The notes beneath the pieces were generated by a model that had not been told where the DNA came from, ran no database searches, and saw only the letters and a program-made list of their open reading frames with translations. Position numbers and translations under genes: made by a program. Source: an uncultured Rhodospirillaceae bacterium (GTDB taxonomy: Bacteria; Pseudomonadota; Alphaproteobacteria; Azospirillales; Azospirillaceae). From it: a stretch of DNA of 64,000 nt. This document shows, one piece after another, positions 8,822-18,631 of the stretch. The stretch spans positions 44,404 to 108,403 of the forward strand of contig CALBDS010000044.1 in the NCBI GenBank assembly GCA_937927415.1, written 5' to 3'. Each line of letters starts with the position of its first letter. Position 1 is the stretch's first letter.

Positions 8822-10714
8822 TCAGAACGCCTGTCCCAGGCTCAGGTAGAGCTGCCAGCGGGCGTCCCCCGACTGGGGATTGAGCGGGAAACCAACGTCC
8901 ACCCGCAAGGGGCCGAAGGGCGTGTAATAGCGCACCCCCAGACCCGCCCCCACCCTGAACGGCGTGGAAAAGTCGGGAAAGGCGCTGTCGTACACCCCAC
9001 CCGCATCGACGAAGGGAACCACGCCGATGGTATCGGTGATCTTATAGCGCAGTTCCACCCCCGCTTCGGCCAGGGAGCGCCCGCCGGTGGGCTTGTCGGC
9101 GCTATCCCTCGGCCCGGCCTTCTGAAAGGCAAAACCGCGCACGGAGCCGCCGCCGCCGGCATAGAAACGCCGGTGCGGCGGGATGGCGCTCAACCCGGCG
9201 CCGGTGATGCTGCCCAGCGACAGCCGCCCGGCCAGCACCGCGGCATCGCTCAAGCCCCAATAGGCGCTGCCTGTGGCCCGCGCCTCGACAAAGCTGCTTT
9301 GGGTGTCGCCGCCCATGGGAAACCAGGGGGTGAGCGAGCCGGTGATCCGGTAGCCCTCCGTCGGGTTCAGAAGGTCGTTGGAAGCGTCGTATTTCGCCGC
9401 CAGCGGCACGCCGAACAGGGCGCTCTGCACCTCCCCGTCGGTGACGGTCAGCCGGGCGCGCTCCGCCGTCAGCCCGGCGGACACCGACAGCCGTTCGCTC
9501 AAGACCCGCTCCACCACGCCCGACAGGATCACCGCATCGCGGCCATAGGCCGGCGGGTTGTCGGTCACCGCCGTGAACGACAGGACCAGCGATTGGTGCG
9601 GCGTCAGGAAATCCGGTTTGCGGAAGGTGGCGCCGAAGGTGAAATCGGTCTTGTCCAGCCCGCCGGAACTGGCCGAACGGGCGCTCAGCCGGGCGATGTC
9701 CACCGACAGCCGCAATTGCTCGGCACCGCCGAACAGGTTGCGGTGCCCCCAATAGCCGTTCACCCCGAAGCCGTCGGCGGTGGTGTAGGTGACGCCTGCA
9801 CCGATGAAGTGCTGCTTGCGTTCGCTCACCATCACCATCACCGGCGTCACCCCGTCCGGCCCCGGCTGGTCGGCCAGCGCCACCCGCACCATCTCGAAGG
9901 TTTCCAGCTTGGCGATGTCGGTGCGCGCCGCGGTCACGCGGGCGGGGTCGTAGACGTCGCCCTCCTTCCACGGGATGCGCCCGCGGATGAGCGCCGGGTC
10001 CACGTCCTTCACCCCCTCCACCGTCACCGGGCCGAAGCGCACCAGCGGGCCGGGATCCACGATGAAGGTCACGTCCATGGTGCGGTCGGAATGGTCCACC
10101 ACCACCCGCCGGTCGGTCACCTTGGCAAAGGCATAGCCCGCCGCCACCAGACCGTCGGTCAGCCGCGTCTGGGCCGCCACCACCGCCGGCCCCCGCGCCT
10201 CCTCCCCCGGCGGCAGGCCCAGGGAATCGGCGGTGATGACCGGGCCGGGCAACGGGGCGCCGTTCACCGTCTCCAGCGTCAGGGTCTTGAAGCGGTAGAC
10301 CGGCCCGGTGTCCACCGTCAGGGTTACCGCCAGGGGCGTCACGGCACGGTCGATGGTGATCGCCAGCCGCGCGTCGTAATAGCCGGCGGAGCGCAGGGCC
10401 GCCCCCAGCCGCTCCCGGTCGGTGTCGGCCCGGCGCTCCAGCCCGATCAGCGAGGGCGGCGGCGAGTCCTTCAGCGAAAACAGGGCCGAAGATTGTTCAA
10501 GAACGCCGCGAAGCCCGTCATCCGCCACCCCTGTCAGGGTGACGGTGTAGGATGCCGCCGGTTCGGGCGGCTCATCGCTGCTTTCCCCCGCGGGGGCCGG
10601 TGTGGCGGCCGGAGCGGGGATCCCCTCGTCGTCGGCCAACACCAGCACCGGCAACGCCAGGGCCGCGGCAACAGCCGTGACGATCCAGGGGGAAGCGCGG
10701 TCATAAAATGTCAT
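8822..10714 (-). CDS. tamA: TamA (BamA/Omp85-family outer membrane protein, autotransporter assembly complex)
   Basis: This is the internal ATG (M25) of ORF 8822..10786. [27 protein letters not shown] is a signal peptide. POTRA-like repeats are followed by an Omp85 barrel ending ...[42 protein letters not shown], with a terminal aromatic residue. It sits immediately upstream of tamB. Confidence 0.9.
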   Translation of the reverse strand: MTFYDRASPWIVTAVAAALALPVLVLADDEGIPAPAATPAPAGESSDEPPEPAASYTVTLTGVADDGLRGVLEQSSALFSLKDSPPPSLIGLERRADTDRERLGAALRSAGYYDARLAITIDRAVTPLAVTLTVDTGPVYRFKTLTLETVNGAPLPGPVITADSLGLPPGEEARGPAVVAAQTRLTDGLVAAGYAFAKVTDRRVVVDHSDRTMDVTFIVDPGPLVRFGPVTVEGVKDVDPALIRGRIPWKEGDVYDPARVTAARTDIAKLETFEMVRVALADQPGPDGVTPVMVMVSERKQHFIGAGVTYTTADGFGVNGYWGHRNLFGGAEQLRLSVDIARLSARSASSGGLDKTDFTFGATFRKPDFLTPHQSLVLSFTAVTDNPPAYGRDAVILSGVVERVLSERLSVSAGLTAERARLTVTDGEVQSALFGVPLAAKYDASNDLLNPTEGYRITGSLTPWFPMGGDTQSSFVEARATGSAYWGLSDAAVLAGRLSLGSITGAGLSAIPPHRRFYAGGGGSVRGFAFQKAGPRDSADKPTGGRSLAEAGVELRYKITDTIGVVPFVDAGGVYDSAFPDFSTPFRVGAGLGVRYYTPFGPLRVDVGFPLNPQSGDARWQLYLSLGQAF

Positions 10715-10954
10715 GACGATCCGGCGGGCAGCGGCGGGATGGGGAAAGCAGAAACGGTACCGTGAGACTCTAGCGAAACGAAGCATGTCTGGGATCGAAA
10801 AATGGTCCTACACCGGACGGCCATCGTGCTTGCCCCGGATGGGCCTTTCATTATATTGCATGGCAACAGAAACAACCGGCCGTGCCCACCAGATGCGATT
10901 TGGCGGGCCGTTTTGCTATGGGTAAGACGGTTCGGCGGCCGCCACTTTACTCGG

Positions 10955-12790
10955 ATGAGCATGACCCTCCGTAACGTAGCGATCATCGCCCACGTTGACC
11001 ACGGCAAGACCACCCTGGTTGACCAGCTTCTCAAGCAAGCCGGCTCCTTCCGCGAAAACCAGCAGGTGGCCGAGCGCGCCATGGACTCCAACGATCTGGA
11101 GCGTGAGCGCGGCATCACCATTCTGGCCAAGTGCACCTCGGTGCTGTGGAAGGATCTGCGCATCAACATCGTTGATACCCCCGGCCACGCCGATTTCGGC
11201 GGCGAGGTGGAGCGCATCCTGTCCATGGTGGACGGCGTGGTGCTGCTGTGCGACGCCGCCGAAGGCCCGCTGCCCCAGACCAAGTTCGTGCTGGGCAAGG
11301 CGCTGAAGCTGGGCCTGCGCCCCATCGTCGTGGTGAACAAGGTGGACCGTCCCGACGGCCGCCCGCACGAGGTGCATGACGAGGTGTTCGACCTGTTCGC
11401 CTCGCTCGACGCCTCCGACGAGCAGCTGGACTTCCCGACCCTGTTCGCCTCGGGCCGCAACGGCTGGGCCACCACCGATCTGGAAAACGGCGCCCGCGAG
11501 AACCTGGAGCCGCTGTTCGAGCTGATCCGCGACCACGTGCCGGCGCCCCGCGTGGACAGCGCCGACGAGCCGTTCCGCATGCTGGCCACCACGCTGGAAG
11601 CCAACCCCTATCTGGGCCGCCTGCTGACCGGGCGCATCCAGTCGGGCCGGGTGAAGCCCAACATGGCGATCAAGGCCCTGTCGCGCGACGGCAAGATGCT
11701 GGAACAGGGCCGCATCAGCAAGGTTCTGGCCTTCCGCGGGCTGGAGCGCGTGCCGGTGGAAGAGGCCGAGGCCGGTGATATCGTGGCCCTGGCCGGTCTG
11801 TCGCAGTCCACCGTCGCCGATACCCTGTGCGCGCCCGAAGTCAACGATCCGCTGGAAGCCCAGCCCATCGACCCGCCGACGCTGGCCATGACCTTCTCGG
11901 TCAACGACAGCCCGCTGGCGGGCCGCGAAGGCGACAAGGTGACCAGCCGCATGATCCGCGACCGCCTGATGCGCGAGACGGAAGGCAACGTGGCGCTGCG
12001 CGTCCGCGACACCGAGAACGGCGATGCGTTCGAGGTGGCGGGCCGCGGCGAACTCCAGCTCGGCATCCTGATCGAAACCATGCGCCGCGAAGGCTATGAG
12101 CTGTCGATCAGCCGCCCGCGCGTGCTGTTCAAGACCGACACCCTGAACGGCCAGCGTCTGGAGCCGATTGAGGAAGTCGTGGTTGACGTGGACGAGGAAT
12201 TCTCCGGCGCCGTCGTCAACAAGATGGCCGAGCGCAAGGCCGAAATGGTGGAGATGAAGCCCGGCGGCGGCGGCAAGACCCGCATCGTCTTCCACGCCCC
12301 GTCCCGCGGTCTGATCGGGTATCAGTCGGAATTCCTGACCGACACCCGCGGCACCGGCATCATGAACCGGCTGTTCCACGGCTATGCCCCCTACAAGGGG
12401 CCGATCGCCGCCCGGCGCACCGGCGTGCTGATCTCCAACTGCGACGGCACCGCGGTGGCCTATGCCCTGTGGAATCTGGAAGACCGCGGTCCGATGCTGA
12501 TCGATCCCGGCGTTCCGGTCTACACCGGCATGATCATCGGCGAGCACACCCGCGGCAACGACCTGGACGTGAACGTCATCAAGGGCAAGCAGCTCACCAA
12601 CATGCGTGCCAGCGGCAAGGATGAGGCGGTCCGCCTGACCCCGCCCATCCAGATGTCGCTGGAAAAGGCGCTGTCCTACATCGCCGACGACGAGTTGGTG
12701 GAGGTGACGCCCAAGTCCATCCGCCTGCGCAAGCGTTACCTCGACCCCAACGAGCGTAAGAAGCACCAGCGCGCCGCCGCTGATGCCTGA
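10955..12790 (+). CDS. typA: Translational GTPase TypA/BipA
   Basis: The sequence [26 protein letters not shown]...[16 protein letters not shown]...[16 protein letters not shown]...VVNKVDR carries G1-G4 motifs with TypA-specific context. The start is taken at the ATG at 10955, since the upstream part of ORF 10802..12790 is non-homologous. Confidence 0.95.
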   Translation: MSMTLRNVAIIAHVDHGKTTLVDQLLKQAGSFRENQQVAERAMDSNDLERERGITILAKCTSVLWKDLRINIVDTPGHADFGGEVERILSMVDGVVLLCDAAEGPLPQTKFVLGKALKLGLRPIVVVNKVDRPDGRPHEVHDEVFDLFASLDASDEQLDFPTLFASGRNGWATTDLENGARENLEPLFELIRDHVPAPRVDSADEPFRMLATTLEANPYLGRLLTGRIQSGRVKPNMAIKALSRDGKMLEQGRISKVLAFRGLERVPVEEAEAGDIVALAGLSQSTVADTLCAPEVNDPLEAQPIDPPTLAMTFSVNDSPLAGREGDKVTSRMIRDRLMRETEGNVALRVRDTENGDAFEVAGRGELQLGILIETMRREGYELSISRPRVLFKTDTLNGQRLEPIEEVVVDVDEEFSGAVVNKMAERKAEMVEMKPGGGGKTRIVFHAPSRGLIGYQSEFLTDTRGTGIMNRLFHGYAPYKGPIAARRTGVLISNCDGTAVAYALWNLEDRGPMLIDPGVPVYTGMIIGEHTRGNDLDVNVIKGKQLTNMRASGKDEAVRLTPPIQMSLEKALSYIADDELVEVTPKSIRLRKRYLDPNERKKHQRAAADA

Positions 12791-12796
12791 TCCTAT

Positions 12797-12839
12797 GCTT
12801 TTCCCCCTTGCTCCCTATGGGGCAAGGGGGAAAGCTTTT
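12797..12839 (+). terminator. Rho-independent terminator of typA
   Basis: A 12-bp stem, TTTCCCCCTTGC / GCAAGGGGGAAA, encloses the loop TCCCTATGG and is followed by CTTTTCC. A second hairpin, GGGCCGG-CATTTTGTT-CCGGCCC, lies at 12842-12864. Confidence 0.6.
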
Positions 12840-12992
12840 CCGGGCCGGCATTTTGTTCCGGCCCCCGCCCTGGTATTCCCCGGAAAACCGGCGTTCCCGT
12901 GCGGGGCGCGATAAAGATTCACAACAAAAGATCCCCTTTCCGGTGTGGTTCTTGCTTGGAACCGCCGGGGTTATGCACAAAGGGATCTTTCC

Positions 12993-13523
12993 ATGTCGAT
13001 CAACAGCCTTGACCGATCGGGCGACAGCCCGTACAGCGCCCGCCGTTCCGGGGACGGGGTGGCGTCTTCCGGCACTTCCTCCTTTGGGTTGACCATGGCG
13101 CAGGACGGTGCCGACAACGGTCTGTCCATGGACCGGCTGCAGGTGGACCTGCCCAACGGCTTTTCGGTCAGCGCCACCCATATCGGCCGCGGCAGTGCCG
13201 GCTTCAGCACCCAAATGCTGGCGTCCATGCAGGATATGGTCGGCTATCTCAGCACCATCCGCCCGACCGGCGAGGGACCGCCCAGCGGAGCGCCGGCCAA
13301 CGCCCGCTGCCCCGATACATTCTCAGCCCCGACGTCCGACGGCGGGATGCTCACATTGCATTACGAAACGGAAAGCGACGGCGGCAACACCGACCCATCG
13401 GCTGCCGCGGCCATGCAGAAGGCCATCGAAGCAGCCCTTGGCCGCTATCAGAACGGTGGGACGCCGGCGCGACAGCCCTCCCTCGCCGACCTTTACCAGT
13501 CCCTGCTGGCGAACGCCGGTTGA
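12993..13523 (+). CDS. Hypothetical protein, 176 aa, Gly/Ser/Ala-rich, no recognisable domain or signal peptide
   Basis: This is the internal ATG of ORF 12945..13523, with AAGGGA 8-13 nt upstream. Third-position GC bias is strong along the frame. The sequence MSINSLDRSGDSPYSARRSGDGVASSGTSSFGL... matches no family I recognise. Confidence 0.45.
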   Translation: MSINSLDRSGDSPYSARRSGDGVASSGTSSFGLTMAQDGADNGLSMDRLQVDLPNGFSVSATHIGRGSAGFSTQMLASMQDMVGYLSTIRPTGEGPPSGAPANARCPDTFSAPTSDGGMLTLHYETESDGGNTDPSAAAAMQKAIEAALGRYQNGGTPARQPSLADLYQSLLANAG

Positions 13524-13934
13524 GCCGTCAGCGGCGGCCGATGAGCATGGCGGAGCGGTGGTTGCCAGCCACGGTTCCCCGCACCGCCTGCGGCACCCTG
13601 CACGGAACAGCCTTGGGTAAGAAAGAGACGTTTTCCAGCCAAAGATCAGCGCATAGCGTGTTCGGTTGTGCAATCGCAGTCCCTCGGAATACATAAGTAT
13701 TCATAGAGCGATTCGGATCAATTCCCATCAAAAGACAACTGGAATCCCTCCATCACCATTCTTTCAACATTAAAATTTACTGGTTATATTTCACGATCGG
13801 CTTGCCTTCCTGCCCGTGCCTCGCCACGCTTGCGCAACGGCAGGCATCGAACGCTGGACATAGCGGCCATCGGGTCGGTGTTTGCCGGATTTTGTCCACG
13901 ACATTCCCACTTTGACAATTCCAGGGGTAAGCTC

Positions 13935-14540
13935 ATGCATAGGCTGTCCCGCTTTATGCCCTTTGCCTGCGCCGTGCTGATGGCGGTGGTTCTCTCCGCC
14001 TGTTCGGTGCGCCTCGTCTCCGATTATGACGCCGAGATCGACAGAGGCCTGACGCAGTTCAACACCGATTTGACGGCGTTCGTGAACAAAATGATCGCCG
14101 TATCAAACACCCCGGCCGGGACCTATTCATCCAATCAGGATTTCTACATCGCACAGGACGCGAAGCTGTCCACCCTGGTCGTGCGGGCCGAGGCCCATAA
14201 GGTGCTGAACAGTTGCCCGTCCACCCAGGTCATCAAGAAAGCCCTGCAAAGCGTCACGCCGCCGTCCTCGTCCGGGACGGCGCCCCTGCCCATTCCCATG
14301 CCCGATCCGGCACAGGTCGCGGCCCAGATCGGCGAGAATGACTGTTCGGTCGTGCTTTTGAACCTGATCCGGACCGGGCTGGATCAGATGCGCCAGTTCC
14401 ATATGATGCAGAATCAGAAAGGGATTCCCGCCGCCGCCCACGACCCGCTGCTGGTCGGTGGCATCGGTTCCCTGGTGCGCGCCGCCCTGACCGTGGAAAT
14501 CGCCAAGAAAACCGGCGGCTCCGTAGCCGGGGCTTCCTAG
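13935..14540 (+). CDS. Hypothetical lipoprotein, 201 aa
   Basis: This is the internal ATG of ORF 13830..14540, preceded by AGGGG. It has a signal peptide with a lipobox, MHRLSRFMPFACAVLMAVVLSAC. Two further Cys residues (NSCPST and ENDCSV) are present. I recognise no family. Confidence 0.6.
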   Translation: MHRLSRFMPFACAVLMAVVLSACSVRLVSDYDAEIDRGLTQFNTDLTAFVNKMIAVSNTPAGTYSSNQDFYIAQDAKLSTLVVRAEAHKVLNSCPSTQVIKKALQSVTPPSSSGTAPLPIPMPDPAQVAAQIGENDCSVVLLNLIRTGLDQMRQFHMMQNQKGIPAAAHDPLLVGGIGSLVRAALTVEIAKKTGGSVAGAS

Positions 14541-14656
14541 GTTCAAGCAGCATCGCCTGAACCGTAAAACCCATTGAAAATCAAAAATTTGGGCTGCTCC
14601 GGTGCGCCACTGAGCATGCGGAAGGCCAAGACGAGCCAATGTGAAGGAGTCCCGAA

Positions 14657-14995
14657 ATGGCACTCGATATCGATGGAATTCTCAAGGCGATGGTCACCGC
14701 CGGCCAGGGGCTTGCCGGCACCGTCTGGCAGGACATCCAGGTCTATGCCGTGCCCGAACTCAAGAAGATCGCAACCCAGATCGAAGCCATCGAGACGGCG
14801 ATGCTGCAACCGAACCCGCCCTACACCCAGGAAGGGGCGAAGGTTCTGCTGAACATGCAGATCACGGCCTCGGTCGGGGTGATCGTCGCCATGACCAGCC
14901 TGACCCTGATTGCCGTGCAGACGGCCATCAACACGATTCTGGATTCCATCAAGACGGCGGTGAATCAGGCCATCGGCTTCGTGCTGATTGCCTGA
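14657..14995 (+). CDS. Hypothetical small membrane protein, 112 aa
   Basis: It has a strong RBS, GAAGGAG, 7 nt upstream and good GC3 bias. The N-terminal half is amphipathic and is followed by a hydrophobic segment, ITASVGVIVAMTSLTLIAVQTAI. I recognise no family. Confidence 0.6.
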   Translation: MALDIDGILKAMVTAGQGLAGTVWQDIQVYAVPELKKIATQIEAIETAMLQPNPPYTQEGAKVLLNMQITASVGVIVAMTSLTLIAVQTAINTILDSIKTAVNQAIGFVLIA

Positions 14996-15002
14996 ACGGT
15001 TC

Positions 15003-15030
15003 GGGGCGGGGGCGTGTGCCCCGCCCTGTT
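15003..15030. terminator. GC-rich hairpin between the convergent small ORF and the hemerythrin gene
   Basis: The stem GGGCGGGG (15004-15011) pairs with CCCCGCCC (15019-15026) around the loop GCGTGTG. It has no clear U-tract. Confidence 0.35.
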
Positions 15031-15046
15031 CCCCAATCGTACGGGT

Positions 15047-15472
15047 TCAGGCCATCCCAGCTTTCTCCACCCCCGCCCGACGGCGCTGGAGAAAATCACG
15101 GAACAGGCAATCATCCTCGCTGATGTGGTCCACCAGCCATTGCCCGGCAAAATCCACGATGGTGACGCCGGGATCGCCGTGTTCCTGCTCCAAAAGGGTC
15201 AGAAAGCTGTTGATCTGCTTCAACAACCCATCGTGGGCTTCCTTGTGGGCTGCCGCGTCGGGGTAATGATGCTCCCGCATCATGCGCTCTTCATGATCGA
15301 AATGAGCGCAGACCTCGGCCACCAGCGCGTCCAGCCGTTCGCGGAACGTGTCCTGATCCTGCATCAGCGCCGGATCCGCCAGGGTTTGGAAATGGGTGAT
15401 GAGGGCCTCGTGCTCCCGGTCCAGTTCGGGGACGCCCAGGATCAGCGCGTCCGACCAGGCGATTGTTTCCAT
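15047..15472 (-). CDS. Bacteriohemerythrin (hemerythrin-like metal-binding protein), 141 aa
   Basis: This is the internal ATG (M36) of ORF 15047..15577, preceded by GGGGGAGGGAA. The sequence METIAWSDALILGVPELDREHEALI...HFDHEERMM...YPDAAAHKEAHDGLL...WLVDHISEDD carries the canonical hemerythrin H/E/D iron-ligand motifs. Confidence 0.85.
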   Translation of the reverse strand: METIAWSDALILGVPELDREHEALITHFQTLADPALMQDQDTFRERLDALVAEVCAHFDHEERMMREHHYPDAAAHKEAHDGLLKQINSFLTLLEQEHGDPGVTIVDFAGQWLVDHISEDDCLFRDFLQRRRAGVEKAGMA

Positions 15473-15551
15473 GATTCCCTCCCCCACCATGCGGGGCGGT
15501 TTTCGTGCTTTCCGTTCATAAGACAAGTCTGAGCCAATCCCGAAGGAAGGC

Positions 15552-15591
15552 AATAGAAAACCCCTCCCGAAAGGCATATGCGGGAGGGGTT
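15552..15591 (-). terminator. Rho-independent terminator of ppdK
   Basis: On the minus strand, the 11-bp stem AACCCCTCCCG ... CGGGAGGGGTT is followed by TTCTATT. A further hairpin, ATCCCCGCC/GGCGGGGAT (15611-15646), sits right after the stop codon. Confidence 0.6.
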
Positions 15592-15656
15592 TCGTTGTCG
15601 CAGGGGCATCATCCCCGCCCCGAACCGTGACGGTCGAGGCGGGGATGGAAGGCTCC

Positions 15657-18347
15657 TCAGTCGCGCTTTACGGTGTCGGTCTTCAACGCCGCCTGTGCCG
15701 CCGCCAGACGGGCGATCGGAACGCGGTAGGGCGAGCAGGAAACGTAATCCAACCCCACCGACTCACAGAACTGGATCGACGCCGGGTCGCCGCCGTGCTC
15801 GCCGCAGATGCCCAGCTTCAGATTCGGGCGGGTCTTGCGGCCGCGTTCGGCGCCGATGCGCACCAGTTCACCCACGCCGTCCTGGTCCAGGGTGGCGAAG
15901 GGGTCGTGCTCCAAAATGCCCGCCCGCTGATAGTCGGGCAGGAAGCTGCCGGCATCGTCACGGCTGATGCCCAGGGTGGTCTGGGTCAGGTCGTTGGTGC
16001 CGAAGCTGAAGAACTCCGCACTTTCCGCGATGTCACCGGCCCGCAGAGCGGCGCGCGGCAACTCGATCATGGTGCCGACCGTGTAGTCGAAGCTCTGGCC
16101 GGTGGCCTTCTGCACCTCGGCGGCAACCCGGTCGATCACCGCCTTCAGGATGTCCAGTTCCTTGCGGGTGGCGACGATGGGGATCATCACTTCCGGCGTC
16201 ACCGGGGTGCCGGACTTCGCCACATCCGCCGCGGCGGAGAAGATGGCGCGGGCCTGCATCTCGTAGATTTCGGGGAAGGTGATGCCCAGACGGCAGCCGC
16301 GGTGACCCAGCATCGGGTTGGCTTCGTGAAGCTGGACAGACCGCTGGTGGACGCGCAGTGGATCGGTCCCGGCGGCGGCCGCCACCTCCGCCATTTCCTT
16401 GTCCGTGTTGGGCAGGAATTCGTGCAGCGGCGGGTCGAGCAGGCGGATGGTCACCGGCAGACCGGCCATGATGGTGAACAGTTCCACGAAGTCCTGCTTC
16501 TGGAACGGCTCCAGCTTGGCCAGCGCCTTGCGGCGGCCTTCCTCGCTCTCCGCCAGGATCATTTCGCGCACCGCCAGGATGCGGGCGGGGTCGAAGAACA
16601 TATGCTCGGTCCGGCACAGCCCGATGCCTTCGGCACCGAACTTGCGGGCGGTGGCGGCGTCCAGCGCGGTTTCGGCGTTGGCGCGCACCTTCATCCGGCG
16701 GATCTCGTCGGCCCAGCCCATCAGGGTGGCGAAATCGCCCGACAGTTCCGGCTGAACGGTGGGAACGGCGCCCAGCATCACTTCGCCGGTCGAACCGTCG
16801 ATGGTGATGAGGTCACCCTCCTTCACCTGCACGCCGCGGACCGACATGACCTTGGTCTTGTAGTCGATGCGCAGTTCGCCGGCACCGGCCACACAGGCAC
16901 GGCCCATGCCGCGGGCCACCACCGCCGCGTGGCTGGTCATGCCGCCGCGGGTGGTCAGGATGCCCTTGGCCGCGTGCATGCCGTGGATGTCTTCGGGGCT
17001 GGTTTCGATGCGGCAGAGGATCACCGCATCGCCCAGAGCCGCCTGGGTTTCCGCGTCGTCGGCGGAGAACACCACCTTGCCCGACGCCGCACCGGGGGAC
17101 GCCGGCAGGCCCTTGGCGATGATCTTGCGCTCGGCCTTGGGGTCCAGGGTCGGGTGCAGAAGCTGGTCGAGCGACGCCGGGTCGATGCGCGACACCGCTT
17201 CGGCGCGGGTCACCAACCCCTCGGTCGCCATATCGACGGCGATGCGCAGGGCGGCCTGGGCCGTGCGCTTGCCGGTGCGGGTCTGGAGCATGTACAGCGT
17301 GTTCTGCTGCACGGTGAACTCGATGTCCTGCATGTCGCGGTAGTGTTTTTCCAGCCGCAGACGGACGTCGTTGAGCTGCTTGAACACCTCCGGCATCACC
17401 TCTTCCATCGAGGGAAGCTCGGACTTGTTGGCTTCGCGCCCGGCGATGGTCAGGTGCTGCGGCGTGCGGATGCCGGCCACCACGTCTTCGCCCTGGGCGT
17501 TGACCAGATATTCGCCGTAGAAGGCGTTCTCACCCGTGGACGGGTTGCGGGTGAAGGCCACGCCGGTGGCGCAGTCGTTGCCCATGTTGCCGAACACCAT
17601 GGACTGCACATTGACCGCGGTGCCCCATTCGGCGGGGATGTCGTGCAGCTTGCGGTAGGTGATGGCGCGGGCGTTCATCCACGACCCGAACACCGCACCC
17701 ACGGCCCCCCACAGCTGTTCCTGCGGGTCCTGCGGGAAGGGGCGGCCCAGTTCGCGTTCCACCATCGCCTTGTATTCGACGATCACCGCCTGCCAGTCGG
17801 CGGCGGTCAGGTCGGTGTCGAGGGTGTAGCCGCGGTCGCGCTTCACCGAATCGAGGATCTCCTCGAAATGGTGATGCTCCACGTCCAGCACCACGTTGCC
17901 GTACATCTGGATGAAACGGCGGTAGCTGTCGTACGCGAAACGGGCGTCACCGGAACGGGCGGCCAGGCCGGCGACGGTCACGTCGTTCAGGCCCAGGTTC
18001 AGCACCGTGTCCATCATGCCGGGCATGGAGGCCCGCGCACCCGAACGCACCGACACCAGGAGCGGGTTGGCGGCATCGCCGAACACCGCGCCCATGGACT
18101 GTTCCACCTGCGCCAGGGCGGCGGCAACCTGATCCTTCAGTTCCGTCGGATAGGTGCGGCCATTGGCGTAGAAGTAGGTGCAGACCTCGGTCGTGATGGT
18201 AAAGCCGGGGGGGACAGGAAGCCCGAGGTTGGCCATTTCGGCCAGATTGGCTCCCTTACCGCCCAGCAGATTCTTCATGTCCGCGCGGCCCTCGGTGTTG
18301 CCCGCACCGAAGGAGTAAACCCACTTGCTCTCGCCATGGCTCGCCAT
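15657..18347 (-). CDS. ppdK: Pyruvate, phosphate dikinase
   Basis: The sequence MASHGESKWVYSFGAGNTEGRADMKNLLGGKGANLAEMANLGLPVPPGFTITTE... is followed by the phosphohistidine region GGMTSHAAVVARGMG and the PEP-utilising C-terminus ...FFSFGTNDLTQ...CGEHGGDP. The start is taken at M42 of ORF 15657..18470. Confidence 0.95.
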   Translation of the reverse strand: MASHGESKWVYSFGAGNTEGRADMKNLLGGKGANLAEMANLGLPVPPGFTITTEVCTYFYANGRTYPTELKDQVAAALAQVEQSMGAVFGDAANPLLVSVRSGARASMPGMMDTVLNLGLNDVTVAGLAARSGDARFAYDSYRRFIQMYGNVVLDVEHHHFEEILDSVKRDRGYTLDTDLTAADWQAVIVEYKAMVERELGRPFPQDPQEQLWGAVGAVFGSWMNARAITYRKLHDIPAEWGTAVNVQSMVFGNMGNDCATGVAFTRNPSTGENAFYGEYLVNAQGEDVVAGIRTPQHLTIAGREANKSELPSMEEVMPEVFKQLNDVRLRLEKHYRDMQDIEFTVQQNTLYMLQTRTGKRTAQAALRIAVDMATEGLVTRAEAVSRIDPASLDQLLHPTLDPKAERKIIAKGLPASPGAASGKVVFSADDAETQAALGDAVILCRIETSPEDIHGMHAAKGILTTRGGMTSHAAVVARGMGRACVAGAGELRIDYKTKVMSVRGVQVKEGDLITIDGSTGEVMLGAVPTVQPELSGDFATLMGWADEIRRMKVRANAETALDAATARKFGAEGIGLCRTEHMFFDPARILAVREMILAESEEGRRKALAKLEPFQKQDFVELFTIMAGLPVTIRLLDPPLHEFLPNTDKEMAEVAAAAGTDPLRVHQRSVQLHEANPMLGHRGCRLGITFPEIYEMQARAIFSAAADVAKSGTPVTPEVMIPIVATRKELDILKAVIDRVAAEVQKATGQSFDYTVGTMIELPRAALRAGDIAESAEFFSFGTNDLTQTTLGISRDDAGSFLPDYQRAGILEHDPFATLDQDGVGELVRIGAERGRKTRPNLKLGICGEHGGDPASIQFCESVGLDYVSCSPYRVPIARLAAAQAALKTDTVKRD

Positions 18348-18631
18348 TGGTGGATTCCTTAACGTTTCACCGTGCCTTTTTATCGCCGTCGGCATAAGCC
18401 AACGGGCGCCGGCCCTGTTCAGGCGTCCGGCGGTAGGACCAATATGTGACGGCGCTTGGGCCACACGCAAGCGGCTTGGCCGGTCATCCCCCTTTCATAA
18501 TTGCAGATCAGCCGCCCGGAATTCTTCGAAAAAAAGGGTTTGGGGGATTCGAAAGAACCGTTCCGGTCGCCGTTTGCCGCACCCGTCCGCCGGGGGTGTG
18601 CCGGATTTCCGCCACCCGGCAATGGCACACC

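Noticed and set aside
12808-13092. ORF 12808..13092 (+) and ORF 12594..13214 (-), downstream of typA.
   Set aside because: They overlap the typA terminator hairpins and have no RBS or codon bias. The frame starting at 12993 is the better candidate in this region.
15627-18362. A 911-aa plus-strand ORF.
   Set aside because: It is antisense to ppdK and its composition is non-protein-like. ppdK on the minus strand is unambiguous.
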